Numbered from the stretch's first letter, positions 50,489 to 60,681 are shown. The stretch is DNA of 64,000 bases from Cyanophyceae cyanobacterium (GCA_038321985.1 JBBQFN010000003.1:32001-96000); one strand, 5' to 3'. Program-made: numbers and translations. The notes: generated by a model not told the origin, from the sequence alone.

Positions 50489-53191
50489 TCAACTGGTGGC
50501 AGCAGAACGAACCAGGATCACCGTACAATTGCAGTTACGGGCGATCGCCTCGGGAATATTGCCTTTAACCACTGAATGCAGCAATCCTTCGCGACTGGCC
50601 CCCAGGACAATCACATCACATTGGTCTTTCTGTGCCAGGTCAAGCAAAGCATCCTGGACGGAGTTCGCGCATAGGGAGGTAGAAATCACGGGACAGGTGA
50701 CTTGATTTTCCAGAATGGCGATCGCCTGGTTGAGGACCCCCTTATCTCCCGGGGTGGCTCCCGGTCCAAACACTTGACACAGACGGATTTCTGGATTACT
50801 GGAGATCGCCACCAATCCGGGCAGTAGTTTTACCGTGGCGATCGCACTTGGCCCCCCCCGAATGGGGACTAACCACCGTTGGAACGAAAGATTAGAGGGG
50901 AGAGTGCGATTTATTTCTGTTGTCGAGGCAGAAATCTTGGCTGGACGCCTACTTTCCGGCCTCCGGCGTGAGGGTGGGAAGGAGGTTTTGCCCATTTTGA
51001 CCAAAATCGTATCGCAAGGGGCTTGGCGAATCATGGTATCGGCTACATCACCAAAAATTCGCCCGGGAGTTCCGGTACTGCCTTTCCATCCCATCAACAT
51101 CAGATCGATATGTCGCTCATTAATGGTTTCCAGCATTGCCTGGGCCACATCGTGAGCCACCCTCACTTGAGTATGAACGGGGACATTCCAATCCCGACCC
51201 ATGCGTTCGGCAAGGCGCAATAATCGGCGAGAAGGGATAGTTTTGACTAAGGTTTCATCCGGGGACTGATGACGGGAAATAACTATCGTTTGTAGACATT
51301 CGATTTCATAATTGCGCTGATGGGCGATCGCCACGGCTAAGCGCAGTAAGGCGGGTGCAGTCTCAGGATTAGCAAGGGGAACGAGTAATCGACCTTGACC
51401 TGTTGCCGGCGATCGCGTCTGGTAAACCAAATAAGAGGGTTCCGGATGCGGCCCAAATCCCTGTTTTCCGGTGATGCGATCGCTTTCGGCCCGAATGATA
51501 TCTGTGCGAGTGATAATCCCCACCAGCTTTTTCCCTTCCGTCACTGGCAGGCGGCTAAGATTGTAGCGGTTGAGTTGAAATAGCACTTCCATCAGGGTAT
51601 CCCGAGGCGAAACTTTCACCGCCTGGGGAGTCATAATCTTTTGGAGGATGGCATCCGGGGCCAAATTCAGCTTAGAGATTTTTGCCAAATCCGACTGGGC
51701 GACCATTCCGACTAACTTACCCGCATCTAAGACTGGAAATCCGCGATGATGAGAACGGGAGAATGCCTGAACGACTTCCTCGATAGAAGTTTGGCTAGTC
51801 AGGGTTTCTACCCGCCGCTGCATAACATCGGCAGCGCGAATCTCACTTAAAATTGCATTCGGGGTTTCTTCGAGTTTGAGGTCGATGCCATTGAGTTGGA
51901 GCAATTTATCGTAGAGAGATCCACGGGCGGCCATTTCCGCTACGAAGTAAGACACCACCGAACCAATCATCAGAGGCAGAACTAAATTAAAGTCCGTGGT
52001 AATCTCAAAAATCATGACCACGGCGGTGATAGGCGCTTTGGAGACTGCACAGAAAAAAGCCCCCATTCCCGCCAGAGCATAAGTCGTGGGCAATCCTGCA
52101 CCCAGGATTGTAAATTGCCAGATGCCGACAAGATACCCCAGGGCCGAACCTAGAATTAGGGATGGAGCGAATAAACCCCCGGGTGCACCGGATCCAGCAG
52201 CAATAATCGTAAGGCAAAAGTGACTAATGAAGGCGATCGCCGAGGCAGCTGCCGTGGGGGACCCGGTAATCAGGAACTCCCGCAAGCCACTATTGTTGCG
52301 AAATAATGGGGGTAACAGGGCGATCGCCACCCCGCAGATTAATCCCGCCAGTCCCATCCGCCAGGGTAGAGGCACTCGCAGCACTCGACGGTTGAATTTA
52401 ATACTCGCCACAATACCTTGGGTGAAGAGGGTCCCCAGCAAACCCGAGAGAATTCCTAAAACCAGATAAAACGGGATTTCCGGCGCAGTGAATTGGGTTT
52501 GAAAGTCCGTCGCGCTTAAATTTAGGTCCAGACTTTTTCCCCCCAGGATGCGGGAAACAACGGCCCCAATAAACGAAGCTAGGATAGCCGGACCTAGGGA
52601 GAAGCCGGAAATATCATGGAGGAGTTCTTCAACTGCAAACAAAACTCCGGCGAGGGGGGCGTTAAATCCAGCGGCTAAACCCGCGGCTGCACCTGCGGCG
52701 ATGAGTTGTCGCCGGTAATCTGGGGAAGTAGGAAACCAGCGCCCAATCACAGCGGCGATCGCCGCGCCGATTTGCACCGTTGGACCCTGCCGCCCTAAAG
52801 TCAACCCGGACCCGACACTAATCGCGGTACTGACTAATTTAATAAAGGCTACCCGTAAATCTAGGGATAACGGAACCCCAGCTAGTGCGGCCTTCACGTG
52901 GGGAATCCCACTTCCTGACGCTTCTGTAGCGTAGCGTTCGACTAGGAATCCAGAGACTAACCCTCCGATTAGTCCAATGAGTGGTAACCCAATCCAAGGC
53001 GGCATATTAAACGAGGCGTAGATCCGCCACCCTCCTAGCCACCCCACCCCTTGTTTCAGGAAAACCGCTGCTAGTCCTGAGATCAAACCAATCAAACAGG
53101 CTTCAAACAGGGCAAGCTGTTTCGGTCTCAGGAAAAAAGCTTTAAGCCTTGCCACTACCCAACTGTGCGAGGAAAGGGAAGGGAGCCACAT
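50489..53191 (-). CDS. ClC chloride channel/transporter with CBS pair and universal-stress domains
   Basis: GSGIP, GRQGP, FNAPLAG, GGLFAP; CBS (HHRGFPV, RLPV..LVGIITRTD); two USP-like domains. Confidence 0.92.
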   Translation of the reverse strand: MWLPSLSSHSWVVARLKAFFLRPKQLALFEACLIGLISGLAAVFLKQGVGWLGGWRIYASFNMPPWIGLPLIGLIGGLVSGFLVERYATEASGSGIPHVKAALAGVPLSLDLRVAFIKLVSTAISVGSGLTLGRQGPTVQIGAAIAAVIGRWFPTSPDYRRQLIAAGAAAGLAAGFNAPLAGVLFAVEELLHDISGFSLGPAILASFIGAVVSRILGGKSLDLNLSATDFQTQFTAPEIPFYLVLGILSGLLGTLFTQGIVASIKFNRRVLRVPLPWRMGLAGLICGVAIALLPPLFRNNSGLREFLITGSPTAAASAIAFISHFCLTIIAAGSGAPGGLFAPSLILGSALGYLVGIWQFTILGAGLPTTYALAGMGAFFCAVSKAPITAVVMIFEITTDFNLVLPLMIGSVVSYFVAEMAARGSLYDKLLQLNGIDLKLEETPNAILSEIRAADVMQRRVETLTSQTSIEEVVQAFSRSHHRGFPVLDAGKLVGMVAQSDLAKISKLNLAPDAILQKIMTPQAVKVSPRDTLMEVLFQLNRYNLSRLPVTEGKKLVGIITRTDIIRAESDRITGKQGFGPHPEPSYLVYQTRSPATGQGRLLVPLANPETAPALLRLAVAIAHQRNYEIECLQTIVISRHQSPDETLVKTIPSRRLLRLAERMGRDWNVPVHTQVRVAHDVAQAMLETINERHIDLMLMGWKGSTGTPGRIFGDVADTMIRQAPCDTILVKMGKTSFPPSRRRPESRRPAKISASTTEINRTLPSNLSFQRWLVPIRGGPSAIATVKLLPGLVAISSNPEIRLCQVFGPGATPGDKGVLNQAIAILENQVTCPVISTSLCANSVQDALLDLAQKDQCDVIVLGASREGLLHSVVKGNIPEAIARNCNCTVILVRSAATS

Positions 53192-53564
53192 AATCTAGTT
53201 TGATATGCTATGGAATCCGGCTTGAAAAGTCTAATTTTAAGAGCAATGCTAGGGGGTTGGTTCTTCTAACCGCACCCCGTCGGGGGTCAGTTTTTTAATG
53301 GAACCCCCCGACTTCCTCCTTTTTAGTTTTAATTGAATTTAAAACCCTCTTCCTGGATGGCTTTTTAACAGAAACTGACCTTAATATGGCAGGAAGATTG
53401 GAAAACTGGAAAACTTTATCTGAATACAGCGAGGAAAATTTTTTTAGACAACTCGAAATGGAGCGTCAATTCTGATGCACTGACCAATGCAGTAATAAAA
53501 GCCCGTTAAGGGCGAGGGGCGATCGGGAGAAAGGGGGCATTCCCCCAGTCGCGAACCGTCAAAT

Positions 53565-54878
53565 TTAATAGGTTTTTCCCGTAACTGAGAGACCCTCTAA
53601 AATCAGAGAAGGCGTGTAGCAAGCACCATTCCACTCGGCATCGCAACCGATGTCTACTACTTGCTTGAGAGCAGTATAGACATTTCCAGCCACCATCGTA
53701 TCTTTAACTCGCCCGATTACCTGGCCCTTTTGGACCCGGAAACCGAGGTCTATATTAATGGAAAAATCCCCAGAAATTCCCGTCGTGCCACCGAGCATCT
53801 GATCCACGACGATCGCCTCATCTAATTCTGTAATCAGTTCCGCTAAAGATTTAGAACCCGGTTGAATCAGCCAGTTAAACAGACCGGGAGTCGGATAACT
53901 GCCCAAACCGGGGCGAAAACCGTTTCCCGTCGTGCCGATTCCCAGCAATGCTCCGGTGGTGCGATCGCTGTAAAAATGCTGCAACACCCCATTTTGAATA
54001 AAAATGATGCGTTGAGTGGGCGTTCCTTCATCGTCAAAGGGACAGCTATAAGGCCCCGAATCGGGTTCTTGGGAAATAGTCAAGGACTCCGAGACAATCG
54101 ACGAACCGAGGCGATCGCTCCAGGGTGAGGATTGCTCCAATACCCGCTTGCCGTTGAGCGCTTCTTGGACCGTTCCCCACAGCATATCCGCCGCTTTTGC
54201 CGTAAATAAAATCGGCACCCGGCCACTGATAGGGGGGGCGCTCTCTTCACTCCAACCCAACCGTTGCAAAATTTGTTGAGCCACCCCCATCGGTTCCAGG
54301 CGTCCGCGTTGGGTTTGGCCGTCCGATACGCTCAAAAAATCTTCCGCGCGTACCCAGTCTGCGGATAAGTAGCAATTTAGGGTGGTGTCTTTATAGCTAC
54401 AATCGAGACCCTGTGAGTTAATCAAGCGGGTGGTTTCGCTATCGCAATCCCATTCGCCATTGCACAGAATTTCGGGATAGGCGTCGCGAATCAAGGCGAT
54501 CGCCTCTTTTCCCCAGTCGAGTAACTGTTCCACCGCCACGATTTCCCCTAAATCGGGGTAGGATGCGGAACGGTTTTCCGTCATCTCAATGGTTTCTGGC
54601 TGATTTAAGTCACTCAAGGCGATCGCGCGATCAACCAAGGATTGCGGGTCTACCGGCCCGTAGGCAACCGCTAAACCCGGACGCCCGTTTTTCCAAATTC
54701 GCAGCGCCGTGCCTTCTGACTGGGCGCTTTCGAGTTGTTTGAGACGATTTGCCTCAAAATAGACAGGCCGAGAGTGTGACTGTGACTGAAACACCTCCGC
54801 TGCCTCGACCCCCGCTCGCTTTGCCAGATCTAAGAGCTGTTCTGGCAGTTCCTCTACTTGCAAATGTTCAGACCCCAT
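53565..54878 (-). CDS. TldD/PmbA family protein (PmbA/TldE type)
   Basis: FDDEGTPT, TTGNG, SGDFS, MVAGN; no HExxxH motif seen. Confidence 0.88.
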   Translation of the reverse strand: MGSEHLQVEELPEQLLDLAKRAGVEAAEVFQSQSHSRPVYFEANRLKQLESAQSEGTALRIWKNGRPGLAVAYGPVDPQSLVDRAIALSDLNQPETIEMTENRSASYPDLGEIVAVEQLLDWGKEAIALIRDAYPEILCNGEWDCDSETTRLINSQGLDCSYKDTTLNCYLSADWVRAEDFLSVSDGQTQRGRLEPMGVAQQILQRLGWSEESAPPISGRVPILFTAKAADMLWGTVQEALNGKRVLEQSSPWSDRLGSSIVSESLTISQEPDSGPYSCPFDDEGTPTQRIIFIQNGVLQHFYSDRTTGALLGIGTTGNGFRPGLGSYPTPGLFNWLIQPGSKSLAELITELDEAIVVDQMLGGTTGISGDFSINIDLGFRVQKGQVIGRVKDTMVAGNVYTALKQVVDIGCDAEWNGACYTPSLILEGLSVTGKTY

Positions 54879-54888
54879 GAGAATTCAA

Positions 54889-54933
54889 GGATGAAGATTG
54901 ATCAAGGGTGAAGGGTGAACCGTGAAGGGTAAA
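54889..54933 (+). repeat. Degenerate heptamer array (GGATGAA/GGGTGAA)
   Basis: ggatgaa...gggtgaa-gggtgaa-ccgtgaa-gggtaaa in the tab2-pmbA spacer. Confidence 0.65.
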
Positions 54934-55019
54934 ATCATCAAACATCTTTCCCCAACAGGTCACACTTGTAGAGCGCAACCGTATTTTGCTGGCGCGACAA
55001 GACTTCACACTCCACAACT

Positions 55020-55898
55020 TTACGACAGATTGAGTTCCTGTAATAGCCAAAATCCTGCAAAAGATTCAGAATTGGGATCAGTTTGGATCGCTAAAAAATG
55101 AACCCCCTGGGCTTTATCCTTGGTTTCCGCAAATCCGGCAGCTTCAGCGCGGGTGGTTTTATCCGTTAAATTGGCGAGAATCCATCGTTCATTAAAACCC
55201 GTTTCTAAAACGATTTGTCCCGGAGGCTCAAGTTCAGGTTTCAGAAAGCCTAACTCTAATCCCGACATCCACCCCCCTAGGGCTTTTGCCCGATTTGAGA
55301 ATACGATCAGCCCCGGAATTTTTGTTTCGGGAGTAAGCTGAGGTACTAAACTTTTTTCACCTAAAATAGGAAAGGCTTCTCCAAAGTCAATCTCCCATTC
55401 GGCCATTTCTGCAAAGGTACCCGCCTCTAAGGTCACAAATGCCCAGCGATCGCCCTGGAGGGCATCGGGAAGGCGTTCTGGTTTCGGCGTATCAAATTGC
55501 ACCGAAGGGGTCATCCCAGCTCCTTGAAACCCCGTTTCTAGGGGATAAACGGTATCCATCCGTTCCTGCAACCAACGGTAAAGGGCGACCGTGCGCCGGG
55601 AGGGTTTAGGGGTAATTCCCAAATCCTGACAGGCTTTTGTGATCATATTGTTCATCTGGCGACGGAAAAAGCGAATCTGCGTCGGCGGTTTCTGCGCCTT
55701 GGCGATCGCCTCGGTGATGGCATCGGTTAACCACAGGGAATTGACTTCGCTACTGGAACAATATTTTGAAAAGCGCAACAAATCTTTAGTGGAGCAGGTA
55801 TCGGTCGGACTCTCACAGATGAGCACTTCCCAGCGTTTTTTGCCATTCTCATCGAGAATCGGTTTGGAATAAAAATCTAGTTCCCATGTTTTGCTCAT
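55020..55898 (-). CDS. Tab2/Atab2 family RNA-binding protein
   Basis: WELDFYS.PILDENGKK.WE, FFRRQMNNMI, GVHFLAIQ..P....FAGFWLL. Confidence 0.9.
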   Translation of the reverse strand: MSKTWELDFYSKPILDENGKKRWEVLICESPTDTCSTKDLLRFSKYCSSSEVNSLWLTDAITEAIAKAQKPPTQIRFFRRQMNNMITKACQDLGITPKPSRRTVALYRWLQERMDTVYPLETGFQGAGMTPSVQFDTPKPERLPDALQGDRWAFVTLEAGTFAEMAEWEIDFGEAFPILGEKSLVPQLTPETKIPGLIVFSNRAKALGGWMSGLELGFLKPELEPPGQIVLETGFNERWILANLTDKTTRAEAAGFAETKDKAQGVHFLAIQTDPNSESFAGFWLLQELNLS

Positions 55899-55967
55899 CG
55901 CTATTTTGCGCCGTTTTCCCAGCCTACTATCTCTATGAGCGATCGTATCATTAACTGGAGTTTATCT

Positions 55968-56990
55968 ATGATTCAGATTGACGGCTCGTTTGGGGAAGGT
56001 GGGGGGCAGGTCCTGCGAACTGCCCTAAGTCTGGCGACCCTGACGGGTACTCCCCTCACTCTCGATCACATTCGCGCCGGACGCCCAAAACCGGGTTTAG
56101 CGGCTCAACACTTGACCGGGGTCCGTGCTGCTGCGGCCCTGTGCAATGCTGATGTTCACGGGGACTCCCTGGGGTCCACTCGTTTAGAATTCGTTCCCCA
56201 AACCCCTCCTCAAAGAGGTCACTATCGTTTTGATGTGACCACCGCAGGGGCGGTGAGTTTAGTCTTACAGACGATTTTGCTGCCCTTGGCCCTCACTCCA
56301 GGAGAGTCCGTGGTTACCCTCTGCGGCGGCACCCATGTCGCGTTTAGTCCATCGTTACCCTATATTCAAGAGGTTTACTTACCGGCGATCGCTCGCATGG
56401 GAGTATCAGCCGAAGTAACATTAGTCAAGTGGGGTTGGTATCCCCGAGGCGGTGGAGAAATCCAACTTCGGGTGAGAGGGGGCAATCCCCTATGCGGACT
56501 CAATCTCAAGGAACGGGGCAAATTTCAGCAGGTGAGAGGATTGGCTGCGGTTACTGAACTCCCCTCTCACATCCCGCAACGTATCGCTAATCGTGCCGAA
56601 AATCGCCTGCGTGAGGCCCATCTCAAAGCCCAGGTACAAACCGCCCGGGAAAAGGGCATTGCTCCCGGTGCCGGTCTATTTTTGACGGCGGAATACAGCA
56701 ATAGCACCGCCGGATTTAGCGCTCTAGGTAAACAGGGATTGCCTTCGGATCAAGTGGCAGATATCGCCTGTGATGCGCTGTTGGAATTTCACCAAACCGG
56801 TGCCGCTTGCGATCGCTATCTTGCGGATCAACTATTATTACCGGCTGCCTTAGCCTCTTCTCCAACTTACTATCATGCCGAAGTCATTTCTTTACATTTA
56901 ACCACCAATGCCGGGGTGATTGAACAGTTTGGTTTGGCCCACATCGAAATCGACCCCGACCAAAAAATGGTCTCAGTTTTTCCACAATAA
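55968..56990 (+). CDS. rtcA: RNA 3'-terminal phosphate cyclase
   Basis: IDGSFGEGGGQVLRT, RPKPGL..QH, GGTH, YPRGGG, LADQL, catalytic HLTTN. Confidence 0.93.
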   Translation: MIQIDGSFGEGGGQVLRTALSLATLTGTPLTLDHIRAGRPKPGLAAQHLTGVRAAAALCNADVHGDSLGSTRLEFVPQTPPQRGHYRFDVTTAGAVSLVLQTILLPLALTPGESVVTLCGGTHVAFSPSLPYIQEVYLPAIARMGVSAEVTLVKWGWYPRGGGEIQLRVRGGNPLCGLNLKERGKFQQVRGLAAVTELPSHIPQRIANRAENRLREAHLKAQVQTAREKGIAPGAGLFLTAEYSNSTAGFSALGKQGLPSDQVADIACDALLEFHQTGAACDRYLADQLLLPAALASSPTYYHAEVISLHLTTNAGVIEQFGLAHIEIDPDQKMVSVFPQ

Positions 56991-57083
56991 GCTATTTTTT
57001 CTTTATTTTTCTGCTTCATTTGACCCTCAAATAATGCACCCTAATTGACTAAAATAAGATGAAATGGATGCTAAAAATAACCC

Positions 57084-57785
57084 TTAAAAACAGCGAATCA
57101 AACTATTCACAGAAACAAATCCTTTAATCGGAGCTTCTATCTCTACCCAAGAGCGTTGTATTCCACCGGGATCGGGAATATATTCGTAATCTTCAATCAG
57201 TTGCACTCGCCCATTAGCAGGAACTCCTCCTAGATACTGAGAAGGACCGGAAACGGCGGAACGAATAGCCAGACCCTGGGGTGTAACCAGCCCATTCACT
57301 TGGCGGCAGAACTGACCATTGGGAATATCTGGAGTCTGAGAAACAGGGGGTGGTGATGTAGGAGTAGCTGCCGTGGGTGGTGATGTAGGAGTAGCAACTG
57401 GCGTGGATTGTGATGTAGGAGTAGCGGGCGTGGGTCTGGCACCCCCAGAACAGTAAGCGAGATTGCCGCCGCTATTGGGTTGTCCATTGGAAATATAGCC
57501 TTCAACGGGTGCCGTGATTTTAATCCAGATGCGACCATCTGAACCGACGATAGGTTCGGCATCGTTTGCTAAGGTGACGTTACCGTTGTAGTCTACGCCG
57601 CCAATTTGGGTTTGACTAGGGTCGGGGGTACGATGGACGGCCAGACCCCTGCGTTCACTGACGCGGCGGCAAAGATCAGCGGGTTGTGTCTGGGCGATCG
57701 CAGAGGAAGAGAGACCTTGGTCATGGGCGATCGTAATGACACTTAAGATTGCTATGGGTATTATCCCTGGATTTAGCACGTTCAT
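57084..57785 (-). CDS. Secreted protein with two Cys-bracketed SH3b-like domains and a Pro/Thr linker
   Basis: Signal peptide; repeats of CR.V....GL......P......GG...W..I..PV.GY/F...C. Confidence 0.7.
   Translation of the reverse strand: MNVLNPGIIPIAILSVITIAHDQGLSSSAIAQTQPADLCRRVSERRGLAVHRTPDPSQTQIGGVDYNGNVTLANDAEPIVGSDGRIWIKITAPVEGYISNGQPNSGGNLAYCSGGARPTPATPTSQSTPVATPTSPPTAATPTSPPPVSQTPDIPNGQFCRQVNGLVTPQGLAIRSAVSGPSQYLGGVPANGRVQLIEDYEYIPDPGGIQRSWVEIEAPIKGFVSVNSLIRCF
57354..57425 (-). repeat. Coding tandem repeat (ATPTS)x3, with tgatgtaggagtagc at 57354, 57381 and 57411
   Basis: Three identical 15-mers at 27- and 30-nt spacing. Confidence 0.85.
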
Positions 57786-58011
57786 CGGTTAGGTTTTCTA
57801 TCCCATTCAAACAGTTTCTAGGTTTAATTTTATCTGCAAATCTTTAGTTTAATAAAAAACTTCATGATTTTTAGGGGGAGTGGGTTTAAGGGAATTGGAG
57901 GGGAAGGCATGGAGGTAGTGGTTTAATCTGACGTTCAATTTTCCCAGTCAATTGACTCACCCTATTAGCGGGGAGGGGTTAATTTTGGTTCCCTGGTTAG
58001 AAATATTCGGA

Positions 58012-58092
58012 AAGGATAGCAAGTCGTTACTAGGGAGATGGGGAAACGACAGCAAGTCGTGACACCGAAAAGAAACGACTAAAATCGTTCCC
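58012..58092. repeat. Cluster of degenerate AACGAC..GTCGTT REP-like palindromes
   Basis: agcaagtcgttacta, aaacgacagcaagtcgtg, aaacgactaaaatcgttc. Confidence 0.55.
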
Positions 58093-58139
58093 CAGTTTCC
58101 CAATCTACCTCCTCTCGATGAGGGTCTATCCCATTTCCC

Positions 58140-59072
58140 CTATTGACACATAATTAAACTATCTGTAGATACAAACCCGGAGACAGGGGTCGAAATTTGT
58201 ACCCACTCTCGTGGGCCTCCATTGCTATCGCGGAGGATTTGATAATTTGGGACGAGGGTAATCCGTGCTCTGGGGGGAACAACCCCCAAATAGGCGGCGG
58301 AAGGGTTGGGCTCAGCTCGAATCACTAATCCGTTGGGTGCCTCTCGGCCTTCTACTTCGCGGCAGAGGTTGGCGATTATAGTGGGTGTGGTGGACAGATT
58401 GGGGGAGACTGCTCCGTTACAGTAGATTAAACTTTCGGTGGGAATATATCCGACGATTGGAGAGGAAATTTCCACCCAAGTGCGAGGTTCCCGATTTTGA
58501 TCGGCAATATCCTGGAAGTTCGGCGCGAGTAATACTTGTGCCCCCGGTGCTAATCCGCCGCGATTGGTGGCAAATCGGTTAGCATCAGCATGAACGCTGA
58601 TGCCTTGAGGGGCTAGATTTGAGTCGATCCGACGGCACAGGGATGTGGTTCCGGTAGCAGAAAAAGGGGTTGGACTGGAGAAAGGGGTGGAGCTAACGCT
58701 TCCGGAACAGGGTACAAAATTGCCTGAACTGCCAGGTTCGCCGTTGGAAACGTACCCCGGGACGGGTGAGGTTATTTCAAACCAGACTCGACCATCGGGA
58801 CCGGGAATCTGCCGAGCACTGTCAGCTAGAGTCAGGGTACCGTTATAATCAACTCCCCCGATCGCTGCTGCATTGGCGTTGGGTTGTGCACGGATTGCCA
58901 ATCCCTGTTGTTCGGTGACTTGACGGCAGAGGGTGCCGGTTGCTTGCGCCAGTTGTAAGGGGGGTAAGCTGGCGATCGCATCAGGAGTGGGTCTGTGGAA
59001 CCCGGAAGCGGCGATCGCCCATAGGCCCAGCCCTACGCCTAGAATAGTCCGATTTTTTAACCGTTTCATCAC
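58140..59072 (-). CDS. Secreted protein with three Cys-bracketed SH3b-like domains, paralog of 57084-57785
   Basis: Signal peptide; three CR.V/I...GL.IRA.P...W.EI..PV.G...C units. Confidence 0.72.
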   Translation of the reverse strand: MMKRLKNRTILGVGLGLWAIAASGFHRPTPDAIASLPPLQLAQATGTLCRQVTEQQGLAIRAQPNANAAAIGGVDYNGTLTLADSARQIPGPDGRVWFEITSPVPGYVSNGEPGSSGNFVPCSGSVSSTPFSSPTPFSATGTTSLCRRIDSNLAPQGISVHADANRFATNRGGLAPGAQVLLAPNFQDIADQNREPRTWVEISSPIVGYIPTESLIYCNGAVSPNLSTTPTIIANLCREVEGREAPNGLVIRAEPNPSAAYLGVVPPRARITLVPNYQILRDSNGGPREWVQISTPVSGFVSTDSLIMCQ

Positions 59073-59332
59073 TGAATTTCTTTCCCTTGCGAAACTGTAT
59101 TTTAATTTTAAGGAGCGATCGCCACAAACGCAGACCTGTTTTCACGATTCCCTCCCTGGTTTGGGGAGATCGTCTCTAGGGGGGGTAATGTTTCCACTCT
59201 TTGCTACTATCCCTCTGAGTGCAGGGATTTACACTTCCACCCGAGGTCAACCTTTCCATCCCATTCTATCCAGATTGCTCTCCCGAAATTTATGTTATAA
59301 CCCACATATCCAACCTTTCTCTCACGGGTTCT

Positions 59333-60391
59333 ATGAAGATAATTAAAGAGGATATCGATTGGGCAGTCGCGGAAAAAATTCTCTCTTCAGAACAAGGAGA
59401 ATCCCTCTGGAACGCACTCCTAAAGCGGACAAGTAACCAAAAAGGCGGATTCAATTTCGCCAATGTTGCTTACTATTTAGGGGCTTTCATCATTCTTTGC
59501 GGTATGACTTGGTTTATGAGTTTAGCTTGGGAGCAGTTTGGTGGAAAAGGTTTGCTCTTCTTAGCTTGTTTTTATGTTTTCTTGTTTATTCTTGCCGGTA
59601 AAACCCTGTGGTTCCAGCAAAATTTAAAAGTTCCCGGCGGACTCCTCTTTACTGTCGCGGTTTGCATGACTCCCCTCGTCATTTATGGACTGCTAACCCA
59701 ACTAAAATTATGGCCGCAACAATACGATCCAGAAAATTATAATTTTTATTTTGTCTCTGATAAAAGTAGCTTAATTCTGATTGAGCTGGGAACAGCTTTG
59801 GCTGGATTGGTCACGCTTAAATTTATAAAATTTCCTTTTTTAACCGCTCCTATCACCCTGGCTTTAGGGTTGTTCTCTCTAGATTTAACTGCTTTATTAA
59901 TGTTTTATCGGACGGGAGAAACCTGGTATTCTGGAGATTATTTAGTTTCTTTTTGGTTTGGAATAGTCTGCTTAATTACGGCTTATTTTTTGGATGTGAA
60001 AACCAGCCAAACCGAAGAAGATTATGCCTTTTGGCTGTATCTATTTGGCTTAATGTCTTTTTGGATTAGCATGACCTTTATGACTAACGGCAGTGAAGGG
60101 CAGCTCTTGATCTATTTTTTAATTAACATTGGCTTAATGCTTTTTTCTGTATTATTGAATCGACGGGTTTTTATTGTATTTGGAGGAATAGGTATTGCCT
60201 ACTACTTATACTATTTATCTTATAGAGTATTTCAGGGTTCTTTATTATTTCCGTTGGCCTTGACGGTATTGGGAATTTTGGTGATTTATGCCGGGGTTCA
60301 GTATCAGCGGAACGAGGAGGCGATCGCACGGTGGATTGTAGGGAGCTTGCCGATGAGTATCCGGAAACTTTTACCGCGTCGGCGATGCTAA
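59333..60391 (+). CDS. DUF2157-like polytopic membrane protein
   Basis: NVAYYLGA, VPGGLL, DYAFWLYLFGL, many TM segments; likely start MKIIKEDI. Confidence 0.7.
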   Translation: MKIIKEDIDWAVAEKILSSEQGESLWNALLKRTSNQKGGFNFANVAYYLGAFIILCGMTWFMSLAWEQFGGKGLLFLACFYVFLFILAGKTLWFQQNLKVPGGLLFTVAVCMTPLVIYGLLTQLKLWPQQYDPENYNFYFVSDKSSLILIELGTALAGLVTLKFIKFPFLTAPITLALGLFSLDLTALLMFYRTGETWYSGDYLVSFWFGIVCLITAYFLDVKTSQTEEDYAFWLYLFGLMSFWISMTFMTNGSEGQLLIYFLINIGLMLFSVLLNRRVFIVFGGIGIAYYLYYLSYRVFQGSLLFPLALTVLGILVIYAGVQYQRNEEAIARWIVGSLPMSIRKLLPRRRC

Positions 60392-60498
60392 CTTTAAAAT
60401 AAGCGGTTGAGCATTTAATTTTCTGACAGAATAAAAGCTAGAAGCTCCCACTATAAAACGGGGGTTGATGTCTTTGTACAATTTAGAGGCCGAAGAGC

Positions 60499-60559
60499 TT
60501 AATCTGTGCTTAATTCCCCTTTATTATAACCTAATAAAAAGGAATTAAGCACAGATTAA
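60499..60559. terminator. Long inverted repeat between convergent genes, probable bidirectional terminator
   Basis: 19-bp perfect arms ttaatctgtgcttaattcc / ggaattaagcacagattaa. Confidence 0.7.
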
Positions 60560-60681
60560 AAGGAAATTAACCTTAAGAAAAGGTTGGAATATCGGTGAAA
60601 ATATCTTTTTAATGGAAATTAGAATTAAACTTCCATTCCGGTTTTTACTCTAGCCTTACCTTTTAATTAAAAAAAGTTTTT

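Noticed and set aside
56810..56835. RtcA DRYLADQ has Tyr where some homologs have His
   Set aside because: The catalytic His lies in HLTTN and is intact; E. coli RtcA also has Tyr at this position.
57354..57425. Identical 15-mers with short spacers, superficially CRISPR-like
   Set aside because: They are in-frame coding repeats of a Pro/Thr linker; the units are too short and there are no cas genes.
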